Shown here: positions 13,478 to 21,412 of the stretch, in pieces
Position numbering within the stretch: the first letter of the stretch is position 1
How the letters are laid out: each line of letters begins with the position of its first letter
Assembly: GCF_000006765.1 (NCBI RefSeq)
Contig: NC_002516.2
Length of the DNA stretch: 64,000 nucleotides
Strand: one strand, 5' to 3'
From: Pseudomonas aeruginosa PAO1
GTDB lineage: Bacteria > Pseudomonadota > Gammaproteobacteria > Pseudomonadales > Pseudomonadaceae
Notes under the pieces: model-generated
Databases searched by the model: none
What the model was told of the DNA's origin: nothing
What the model saw: the letters and a program-made list of their open reading frames with translations, nothing else
Made by a program: the position numbers and the translations under genes

Positions 13478-13870
13478 ATGAAGAAAATCCCGCTCGCCGC
13501 CGCCGACCCCGACCGCCTGGATACCTGGGTGAAATACCGCGAAGGCCTGTGCGGCGAGTGCAACGCGACCTGCTGCACGCTGCCGGTGGAAGTGCGCATC
13601 GACGACCTGATCCGCATGCGACTGGTCGACGAGTTCGAGCGCGAGGAGCCGGCCAAGCGAATCGCCAAGCGACTGGAAAAGGATGGCGTGATCGAGCACT
13701 TCAACCACAAGCGCGAGATCTTCACCCTCACCCGCATGGCCAACGGCGACTGCCTGTACCTCGACCGCAAGACCCGCCTGTGCACCATCTATGCCCGCCG
13801 CCCGGACACCTGCCGCAACCACCCGCGCATCGGCCCGCGTCCCGGCTACTGCGCCTACCGGCCGAGGTAG
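13478..13870 (+). CDS. YkgJ-family cysteine-cluster (putative Zn/Fe-S) protein
   Basis: ATG at 13478, 130 aa; CGECNATCC, CLYLD and CTIYARRPDTCR motifs. Confidence 0.85.
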   Translation: MKKIPLAAADPDRLDTWVKYREGLCGECNATCCTLPVEVRIDDLIRMRLVDEFEREEPAKRIAKRLEKDGVIEHFNHKREIFTLTRMANGDCLYLDRKTRLCTIYARRPDTCRNHPRIGPRPGYCAYRPR

Positions 13871-13872
13871 TC

Positions 13873-15309
13873 TCAGCCAGGCGGCGCCACGCCCTGGCAT
13901 AGCTGGTACTGTCCCACCGGCGGCCGGCAGCGCAAGCGCTGGCGCACCTCGTCGGGCAAGGCGCCGAACGAACGCGAGCGGATCGCCAGCAGGGCGTCGC
14001 GACGCAACCAGCCGGCCAGCTCGCTGTCCTCCGCCCGTTGCGCCCGCCCGCCGCTGTAGAACACTGCCGAGTACGGCCGCTTCGGCCAGAACACCAGCGG
14101 CCGCTCGCGCCAGCCGGCGTCGCTGGCCAGCAGCGCGGCGGTGGACTTCTGCTCGGCGCGCGAGCCCAGCAGCAGGGAGCCGAGGAACAGCGCGAACAGC
14201 AATGGGGTCAGTGCCAGGCAAGCCAACCCACCACGCCGCAGCCAGGCGCTGCGCGCCAGCGGCGCGCGCAGCAGGTCGGCGGCGAGCAACGCCAGGGCCG
14301 GCAGGCCGGGCAGCACGTAGGTCCAGAGGACGTTGCCGGCGAAGGTGAAGAACAGGCACGGCGCCAGTCCCCAGAACAGCCAGTAGCGCCTGCGCGAGGC
14401 GACGCCATCGACCACCTCCCCGCGCTGGCGCCAGCCCAGCCAGAGCAGCAGCGGCAGCCAGAGGCTCCAGGGAAACGCGGCGGCCAGCAGGAACAGCCAG
14501 ACGCTGCCGTAGGGATAGGCGTGGGCATTGCCGTAGCGGTCGCCGTCCCAGCCGGCGGTGACGAAGCGCTGCCAATGCTCGCCGAGCAGGAAGTACTCGA
14601 GGAAGCCCGGCGTCTTCAACTCCGCCAGCAGGTACCAGGGCGCGGCCACCAGGAGCATCAGCAGGCTTCCGCGGATCCATGGCAGGCCCCGCCAGAGCGC
14701 GCGCCAGCGCCACTCCAGCAAGGCCCACAGGCCGATCGGCAGTCCGGCGAGGATCAGCGTCAGCGGCCCCTTCGCCAGCAGCCCGAGGCCGAGGCCGAGG
14801 AACATCAGCCAGCCCTCGCGGCGCCGGATTCCCTCCGCGCCATGCAGGCCCAGCCAGAAGCCGCGCATGGCCAGGACCAGCGCCAGGGCCAGGGCCATGT
14901 CGGTCATTACCGCCCCGGAGGCGACGAAGAACAGCGCCGAACTGCCCAGCAGGACGCAGGCGATCCGCGCCTGCCGACGATCTTCGCGAGCCTGCCAGTC
15001 CCATACCAGCCACAGCACCAGCACGCCCAGCAACCAGTGCGGCAGGCGGCTGGCGAACTCGTTGGCGCCGAGCAGAAGCTGGCCGCCGGCGCTGAGCCAG
15101 AAGGCCAGCGGCGGCTTGCCCCAGAACGGCACGCCGACGTCGTACCAGGGCGTGATCCAGTCGCCCAGTTCGGCCATCTTCCGCGCCACCTCGCCATAGC
15201 GGGCCTCGGTGGTGTCCATCAGCGGATAGCTGCCCAGGCTCAGCAGGCGGATGGCGAAGGCCAGGGCGAGCAGGAACCAGGCCAGCGGCCAGCCGCGCAG
15301 CGCCCTCAC
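13873..15309 (-). CDS. ArnT/PMT-like (GT83/GT-C) polyprenol-phosphate-sugar glycosyltransferase
   Basis: 478 aa multi-TM; DTTEARYGEVARKM, WITP, FWGKPPLAFW, LAKGP and KLWTY-like (VLWTYVLP) ArnT motifs. Confidence 0.85.
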   Translation of the reverse strand: MRALRGWPLAWFLLALAFAIRLLSLGSYPLMDTTEARYGEVARKMAELGDWITPWYDVGVPFWGKPPLAFWLSAGGQLLLGANEFASRLPHWLLGVLVLWLVWDWQAREDRRQARIACVLLGSSALFFVASGAVMTDMALALALVLAMRGFWLGLHGAEGIRRREGWLMFLGLGLGLLAKGPLTLILAGLPIGLWALLEWRWRALWRGLPWIRGSLLMLLVAAPWYLLAELKTPGFLEYFLLGEHWQRFVTAGWDGDRYGNAHAYPYGSVWLFLLAAAFPWSLWLPLLLWLGWRQRGEVVDGVASRRRYWLFWGLAPCLFFTFAGNVLWTYVLPGLPALALLAADLLRAPLARSAWLRRGGLACLALTPLLFALFLGSLLLGSRAEQKSTAALLASDAGWRERPLVFWPKRPYSAVFYSGGRAQRAEDSELAGWLRRDALLAIRSRSFGALPDEVRQRLRCRPPVGQYQLCQGVAPPG

Positions 15310-16280
15310 GGATTGGCCCCGCCGACCTGAGCCGGCAGGTAGCGGTCGATCAGGTAGAGCGGGCGGCGCCGCGCTTCCATGGTCATCCGCCCGAGGTATT
15401 CGCTACACACGCCGATGGCCAGCAGTTGCAGGCCGCCGATCAGGAACAGCGCGGCGATCACCGGCCAGTGTTCGTGGATCTCCTGCTGGCCGAAGATCCC
15501 GGCGAGCAGGGTCGCCAGGGCCGCCAACAGGCTGAGCAGGCCGAGGTAGCCGGCGACCTTCAGCGGCGCGGTGGAAAACCCGGTGATGCCTTCCAGGGCG
15601 AAGTTCCACAGCCGCCAGTAGCGCCACTTGCTGTGGCCGGCGACGCGGGCGGCGCGGCTATAGGCGATATCGACCTGGCGGAAACCGACCCAGGCGAACA
15701 GTCCCTTCATGAAGCGATTGCCTTCCGGCAGCTCGCAAAGGGCATCGACCACCCGCCGGTCGAGCAGGCGGAAGTCGCCGACGTCGCGCGGGATCGGCAC
15801 CTCGCTGAGGCGGTTGATCAGCCGGTAGAAGGCGCTCGCCGAGGCGCGCTTCAGCCAGCTTTCGCCGGCCCGGCTGCGGCGGCGCATGTTGACCATTTCG
15901 GCGCCGCCGATCCAGGCGTCGAGCATCTGCGGGATCAGTTCCGGGGGATCCTGCAGGTCGGCATCGATGACGATCACCGCGGCGCCGCGCGACAGCTTGA
16001 GCCCGGCGCTCATCGCCTGTTCCTTGCCGAAGTTGCGGGTGAAGCGGGCCACGCCCACCCGGCGGTCGGCGGCCTGTAGCTGAGCGAGGATCGCCGCGCT
16101 GCGGTCGGTGCTGCCGTCGTCGACATAGAGCACCTCGCAATCGTCGCCAAGGTCGCCGAGCACGGCGCCCAGGCGCTGGTGGAAGGCCGGCAGCACCGCC
16201 TCCTCGTTGAACACCGGCACTACCACGCTGAGCAGGCAGGGGGCCTCGAGCTTCGACGCCAGGGAAGGTTCGATCATCAT
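15306..16280 (-). CDS. GtrB/ArnC-like GT2 bactoprenol-phosphate glycosyltransferase
   Basis: ATG at 16280 (ATGA overlap), 324 aa; SVVVPVFNEE, VDDGSTD, RNFGKE, IDADLQDPPE, GDFRLLDR; two C-terminal TM helices. Confidence 0.9.
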   Translation of the reverse strand: MMIEPSLASKLEAPCLLSVVVPVFNEEAVLPAFHQRLGAVLGDLGDDCEVLYVDDGSTDRSAAILAQLQAADRRVGVARFTRNFGKEQAMSAGLKLSRGAAVIVIDADLQDPPELIPQMLDAWIGGAEMVNMRRRSRAGESWLKRASASAFYRLINRLSEVPIPRDVGDFRLLDRRVVDALCELPEGNRFMKGLFAWVGFRQVDIAYSRAARVAGHSKWRYWRLWNFALEGITGFSTAPLKVAGYLGLLSLLAALATLLAGIFGQQEIHEHWPVIAALFLIGGLQLLAIGVCSEYLGRMTMEARRRPLYLIDRYLPAQVGGANP

Positions 16281-16639
16281 GAGAAGGTCCAGAGTCGATG
16301 AAGGTGATAGGTCGCCAACAGCAGTGCGCCGGTCGCGGCGAGCTGGGCCAGGCGGTAGTCGAGTCCGGCGAGGTCGCCGAGCAGCAACACCAGGACGGCG
16401 TTGCCGAGTACGCAAAGCAGGCTGACGGCGAAGAAGCGCGGCAGCGAACGGAACACCGGCCCACGGTGGCGGAAAGTCTTCCGGCGATGCCCCAGGTAGG
16501 CAGCCAGAGCCCCGCAGCCTGCTCCCGTCGCGGCGGCCACGGCGGCGCCGACGGCGAAGCCCTCGACCAGGAGGGTCAGCACCAGGTAATGAACGGCGGT
16601 GGCACCGGCGCCGACCGAGACGAAACGCCCCAGGAGCAT
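16277..16639 (-). CDS. GtrA-family putative Und-P-sugar flippase
   Basis: 120 aa, four TM; RFVSVGAGAT and KTFR..FRSLPRFF pattern; translationally coupled to the GT2 gene. Confidence 0.85.
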   Translation of the reverse strand: MLLGRFVSVGAGATAVHYLVLTLLVEGFAVGAAVAAATGAGCGALAAYLGHRRKTFRHRGPVFRSLPRFFAVSLLCVLGNAVLVLLLGDLAGLDYRLAQLAATGALLLATYHLHRLWTFS

Positions 16640-16875
16640 GCATGGCTTCCTCTGGAAACAACCGACGCCGGCATTCTAGGAAGGTGCGCAAAGCCCCGCG
16701 GTTAGCGCTGCGCAAGCTTCCTGACAGGTTTTCGCAGGGTTCCCCGCGGCAGGCCTGGAAGCCGCGTCGGACAAGGAATACACGGCAGGCAGAGGTCTGT
16801 TACCGGATATGAAAAACGGGTTTTCCGCAGGCCTCGCCGCCGTCGCTATACTGCCCGGCCGATCCGGAGGACCCC

Positions 16876-18237
16876 ATGAGCCTGTTGCGCGATGCCTGGC
16901 GCCACGCCCCGACCCACCACAGGGTCTGGGCGCTGGCCGGGCCGATGATTCTGTCGAACGTTTCCGTTCCCCTGGTGCACCTGGTGGACAGCACGGTGGT
17001 CGGCCACCTGCCGCACGCCTACCAGCTCGGCGCGGTAGCCGTGGGCGGCAGCCTGTACACCCTGATGGTCGGCGTGCTCGGCTTCCTGCGCATGGGCACC
17101 ACCGGCTTCGCCGCCCAGGCCGCCGGCCGCGACGATGGCGGCGCGCTGCGCCTGATCCTCGCCCAGGGCCTGGGCATGGCGCTGCTCCTGGCCCTGCTGC
17201 TCGGCGCGCTGGCCCTGCCCCTGAGCGGCTGGGCCCTGCAACTGATGCAACCTTCGGCGGAACTGACCGGCGAGGCCCGCGCCTTCTTCCATACCCGCCT
17301 GCTCGGCCTGCCGGCGGCCCTGGCCAGCTACGCACTGGTCGGCTGGTTCCTCGGCACGCAGAACGCACGGGCGCCATTGGCGATCCTGTTGACCACCAAC
17401 CTGAGCAACATCGCCCTGGTGCTCTGGTTCGTCCACGGCCTCGACTGGGGCGTGCAAGGCGCGGCCCGCGCCTCGGTGCTGGCGGAATGGAGCGGCGCCC
17501 TGCTCGGCCTGGCCCTGACCCGCCGCGACCTGGCCCGGCGCCCCGGGCGGGCGCAGTGGCAACGCCTGCGCCACTGGCTGTCGTGGCTGCCGCTGCTGAT
17601 GGTCAACCGGGATATCTTCATCCGCAGCCTGGCCCTGCAACTGGTGTTCTTCCTGCTCACCGTACAGGGCACTCGCCTCGGCGACACCACGGTAGCCGCC
17701 AACGCCCTGCTGCTCAACGGCCTGCTCCTGACGTCCTACGCCCTCGACGGTCTCGCCCACGCGGTGGAGGCGCTCTGCGGCCACGCCATCGGCGCCCGCG
17801 ACCGAGCCGCCCTGCGCCGCGCGCTGGTGGTAGCCGGTGGTTGGTCGCTGCTGGCAAGCCTGGCGTTCGCCGCGCTGTTCGCCTTGTTCGGCCACCTGTT
17901 CATCGACCTGCAGAGCGACATCGCCGGCGTCCGCGAAGTCGCCTACGCCTATCTGCCGTACCTGGCCTGCCTGCCGCTGCTGGGGATGTGGAGCTATCTG
18001 CTCGACGGCCTGTTCATCGGCGCCACCCGCGCCCGCGAGATGCGTAACGCGATGCTCGTCGCGGTGGCCGCCAGCCTGCCCCTCGGCTGGCTGTTGCAGG
18101 GGCTGGGCAACCACGGGCTATGGCTGGCGTTCCTCGCCTTCATGCTGCTGCGCGGGCTGGTCCTGGCCGCCTACGGCTGGCGCCTGACCCGCCGCGATGG
18201 CTGGTTCCCCGCTCAGGGCGCCGACAGCGGACGATAG
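16876..18237 (+). CDS. dinF: MATE-family efflux protein, DinF-like
   Basis: 453 aa; LAGPMILSNVSVPL...VDSTVVGHL, FLRMGTTG and LDGLAHAVE motifs. Confidence 0.88.
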   Translation: MSLLRDAWRHAPTHHRVWALAGPMILSNVSVPLVHLVDSTVVGHLPHAYQLGAVAVGGSLYTLMVGVLGFLRMGTTGFAAQAAGRDDGGALRLILAQGLGMALLLALLLGALALPLSGWALQLMQPSAELTGEARAFFHTRLLGLPAALASYALVGWFLGTQNARAPLAILLTTNLSNIALVLWFVHGLDWGVQGAARASVLAEWSGALLGLALTRRDLARRPGRAQWQRLRHWLSWLPLLMVNRDIFIRSLALQLVFFLLTVQGTRLGDTTVAANALLLNGLLLTSYALDGLAHAVEALCGHAIGARDRAALRRALVVAGGWSLLASLAFAALFALFGHLFIDLQSDIAGVREVAYAYLPYLACLPLLGMWSYLLDGLFIGATRAREMRNAMLVAVAASLPLGWLLQGLGNHGLWLAFLAFMLLRGLVLAAYGWRLTRRDGWFPAQGADSGR

Positions 18238-18581
18238 GCGAGCATCAGCGGGACGTCGGCAGCGTGCGCGACCTGTACCAGTTCGCTGGCCAGGCGCCCA
18301 CCGGGAAACACCAGCACCAGGTCCGGCGCGGCATCGCCGAAGACGGCCTCGCCATACTCGCGCAGGGCGTTGTCGCTGCCACTGCGCTCCGGATAATCGT
18401 AGGCGCGCGAATCCGCGCCACGCTCGCGGCACCAGCGCTCGGCCTCGTCCGGCAGGCCGCTGCCGGCATGCAGCAGGTGGCCGAGCAGCGCCACCGGTTG
18501 CAGGCCGTGGCACTGGTCGAGCGCCAGGCGCAGGCGTTCGGCGTCCTTGAAATGGCGTCCGGCGCAGATCAGGAGGCGCAT
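18213..18581 (-). CDS. Small SLOG-superfamily (YspA/DUF2493-like) protein, divergent
   Basis: 122 aa; MRLLICAGRHF.D...PDLVLVFPGG..V..A..ADVP matches the recalled DUF2493 pattern; the start overlaps the upstream transporter stop by 13 nt. Confidence 0.7.
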   Translation of the reverse strand: MRLLICAGRHFKDAERLRLALDQCHGLQPVALLGHLLHAGSGLPDEAERWCRERGADSRAYDYPERSGSDNALREYGEAVFGDAAPDLVLVFPGGRLASELVQVAHAADVPLMLAYRPLSAP

Positions 18582-20236
18582 GCCGATCCCTCCCCTTGCC
18601 CTGGCTCATCCGGCCGCTTCGCCATCGGATCGATGCCGCTGCGTTCGAGCAGCGGATAGGCCAGGGCGGTGACATGATGGTGGATGCGTCGGTAGTCGCG
18701 GAGAATGCGCTGGAACACGTCACCGGACTCCACCCAGGCACCACGATCGTCGCGCAGGCGACGGAAGCGCTCGCGACTGGCATCGGCCTCCAGTCGCTGC
18801 AGCAACTTCTTGCGCGCCACCAGACGCAGCGCGGCGTCCAGGTCTTCGCGAAGGAACGCGCTGATCGCCAGGTGCAGGCTCTCCTCGATCACCGCCTGCA
18901 ACGGCAGCATGCGGCCCAGCTCGAACTCGCTGCCGGCGCGGCTGCGCCCGGCCCAGCGCATCGCCAGGGGCAGCAGGCTGTTGGCGACGAGATCGCCGAT
19001 GTGCTCGATGTTGATGGCGAACAGGAGGATTTCCTGGGCACGATCGGCGTCGCTGTCGCCGAGGCCGTCCTGGCCGAGGTCTGCCAGGTAGGCGCGGATC
19101 GCCGCACTCAACTGGTCGAGGGCCTGGTCCTGGCGACGGATTTCCGCCGCCACCTTCGCCTCCGGTCGCTGCAACAGGCCGCTGGTGGCGCGCAGCATCA
19201 GACTGGCCATGTCGGCCAGCCGCAGGACTTCGCGAGTAGCGTTGGCCAGGCCGATGTTGGCCACCTCCAGCCCGGCTTCGTCGAGGTAGCGCGGCATGCC
19301 CGGCTCGTCGGACTGTGCCTCTTCCGGCAACAGGCGCGCGAGCAGCGCCGCAAGGGTTCCGGTGAAGCCGATCGCCAGCAGTGCCAGGGCCAGGTTGAAA
19401 TCACTGTGGAACCAGACCGCCGCCGCACCGCCGAGTGCGTTGGCCGGTTGCGCCAGCGCCGTCAGCCAGGGCAGCACCAGCAGGCAACCGAGCAGGCGCA
19501 CCAGCAGGTTGCCCAACGGCAGGCGCCGCGCCACCCGGCTACCGGCCACCCCTAGCGCCGGCAAGGCGCCGCCGAGGTTGGCACCGAGCACTAGGGCCAG
19601 GGCGATGGGCAGCGAGACCAGTCCGGCCTGGGCCAGGGACGCCACCAGCAGTACCACCGCGACACTGGAATGGCAGGCCCAGGTCAGCAGCGCGGCGAGC
19701 AGCAGGGCGATCAGCGGATCGCCTTCGAGGCCGTGGATCACCGCGACAAAGGCTGGCGAGGCCTCGATCTGCTGCAGGGAATGGCCGAGCAACGCCAGCG
19801 CCAGGAGCATCAGGCCGAGTCCGATCAGGCACTGGCCAAGGCTCTCCAGGCGTGGACCGTCGCCCAGGCGGAACAGCAGCAGGCCGGACAGCAGGGCCAG
19901 CGGCGCCAGCAACGAGGTGTCGAAGCTGAGCAGTTGCACCACCAGGGTGGTGCCGACGTTGGCGCCGAGCATCACTGCCAGCGCCGGCGCCAGGCCCAGG
20001 GTGCCACTGGCAGTGAAGGACGCTGCCATCAGGCTGGTGGCGGTGCTGCTCTGCAGCAGGCCGGTGATGCCGAGCCCGGCGAGCAGGGCCAGCCAGCGGT
20101 TGCCCAGGTGGCGGCCGAGCCAGTTGCGCAGCACAGTGCCGAAACCGCGCAGCACGCCGCTGGAGACCATGTGCGTGCCCCACAACAGGAGGGCCACGGC
20201 ACCGGCCAGGTTGATCAGGAGGATGGTTCCCAGCAT
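18569..20236 (-). CDS. Na+/Pi cotransporter family protein with C-terminal PhoU-like domain (YjbB-like)
   Basis: 555 aa; LQSSTAT and CHSSVAV repeat motifs, two LGANxG motifs, helical C-terminal domain (INIEHIGDL). Confidence 0.9.
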   Translation of the reverse strand: MLGTILLINLAGAVALLLWGTHMVSSGVLRGFGTVLRNWLGRHLGNRWLALLAGLGITGLLQSSTATSLMAASFTASGTLGLAPALAVMLGANVGTTLVVQLLSFDTSLLAPLALLSGLLLFRLGDGPRLESLGQCLIGLGLMLLALALLGHSLQQIEASPAFVAVIHGLEGDPLIALLLAALLTWACHSSVAVVLLVASLAQAGLVSLPIALALVLGANLGGALPALGVAGSRVARRLPLGNLLVRLLGCLLVLPWLTALAQPANALGGAAAVWFHSDFNLALALLAIGFTGTLAALLARLLPEEAQSDEPGMPRYLDEAGLEVANIGLANATREVLRLADMASLMLRATSGLLQRPEAKVAAEIRRQDQALDQLSAAIRAYLADLGQDGLGDSDADRAQEILLFAINIEHIGDLVANSLLPLAMRWAGRSRAGSEFELGRMLPLQAVIEESLHLAISAFLREDLDAALRLVARKKLLQRLEADASRERFRRLRDDRGAWVESGDVFQRILRDYRRIHHHVTALAYPLLERSGIDPMAKRPDEPGQGEGSACAS

Positions 20237-20278
20237 GGCGGAACTCCCGGTTCGGAATGGATCGTGAAGGGAACGGGC

Positions 20279-20488
20279 TCATTGACCCATGGCCAGCCTG
20301 AGCGATGCACGGTTGAGCGCGCTCGAGCAGTCCAGCAGGTATTTCACTTCGACCTGGCTCAGGCGGCCGCTGGCGTATGCGCGCACGCTGACCACCATCA
20401 GCAGGTGCGCGGCCTTCGCCAGCAGCCGTGCTGCCAGGCCACAGAGCGCGCGGCGAGACGCGCCCAGGCATTTGCGTACGACGTTCAT
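20279..20488 (-). CDS. Small hypothetical protein, 69 aa (MNVVRKCLGASRR...)
   Basis: GAGGA SD 7 nt upstream of ATG 20488; fills the gap between operon genes. Confidence 0.65.
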   Translation of the reverse strand: MNVVRKCLGASRRALCGLAARLLAKAAHLLMVVSVRAYASGRLSQVEVKYLLDCSSALNRASLRLAMGQ

Positions 20489-20538
20489 GGCTGCTTCCTC
20501 GGTGGAGGAGCGCGCCGCAGCGCGGCACGCCCTTGGGC

Positions 20539-21315
20539 TCAGAAACGCAAGGTCGCTCCCGAGACCAGCCATCGCTCGCGCTCGCCGCGCAGGTGGCCGC
20601 CGACCAGCAGATCGAGGTCCAGCCGTTCGCCCAGGTGCAGCCGCGGTCCGGCCTGCCAGCCGCTGTCGCCGGCCGACTCGCCGAAGCGTTCGGCGATCAG
20701 GGTCAACGGCTGGCCAACGCGGTATTCCATGCCCATGCCCCAGTTCCAGCGATGCCGGCGCTCGCCCTCGGCGTAGGCATGCCCCAGGCCGACCCCGGCG
20801 TTCAGGCGCAGGGCCTCGAACGGCTGGTAGCTCAGCGGCAGGTTGAAGCCGGCGCCTTCGAAGGCGTGCCGGCGGTCCAGGTAGAGATCCGCCGAGAGCG
20901 CGAAGGCCAACGCCAGGCCGAGGTCGTCGCGGGCCAGCAGCGGTGTCTTCAGCTCGGGGCTGAGGCGGCTGTGCCGATCGCCTGCGTCGCCCTCGCGCAC
21001 CAGCGCCGCGCCGAGCTGCACCGATGGTAGGGCGGAGAAGGTGCAGGCTGGCGACAGCACCGACTGGTAGCGGTTGCCGTGGTGGCGTTCGCGCTGGTGC
21101 CAGGCGTCCAGGTTGCATTCGCCGACGGGGTCGATCTCGCCGTCGTCGACCCGGTAGGCGCCGCCCGCGGCGCGAGCCTCGGACAGCAGCGCCAGCAGCA
21201 GGACGCAGGCGAGCGCGGCGGCGACGAAGCCCAGGCGCCAGGACAGGGCGCGTCGCAGCGCGGCCGGCAGCGGTTGGAAAAGGGGCGCCCGCGGGCGCCG
21301 GTCGTGCAGGGTCAT
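20539..21315 (-). CDS. Putative outer-membrane beta-barrel protein (~258 aa)
   Basis: Signal-like segment ending AXA (ARA|AGGAYRVDD); alternating amphipathic strands; C-terminal beta-signal WLVSGATLRF. Alternative start at 21330. Confidence 0.75.
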   Translation of the reverse strand: MTLHDRRPRAPLFQPLPAALRRALSWRLGFVAAALACVLLLALLSEARAAGGAYRVDDGEIDPVGECNLDAWHQRERHHGNRYQSVLSPACTFSALPSVQLGAALVREGDAGDRHSRLSPELKTPLLARDDLGLALAFALSADLYLDRRHAFEGAGFNLPLSYQPFEALRLNAGVGLGHAYAEGERRHRWNWGMGMEYRVGQPLTLIAERFGESAGDSGWQAGPRLHLGERLDLDLLVGGHLRGERERWLVSGATLRF

Positions 21316-21412
21316 GATGCGTCTCTCCATGCGTGGGTCCGGTGTGCGTTGCGCGGCGCGGCGAGGCTTGCCGACGCGCCGGGAAAGGCCGGGACGAAGC
21401 CCGGCCGATCGC

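Noticed and set aside
16685-16715. TGCGCAA direct repeat upstream of the gtrA-like gene as a regulator site
   Set aside because: GC-rich 7-mers at 24-bp spacing are likely by chance and match no motif I can name.
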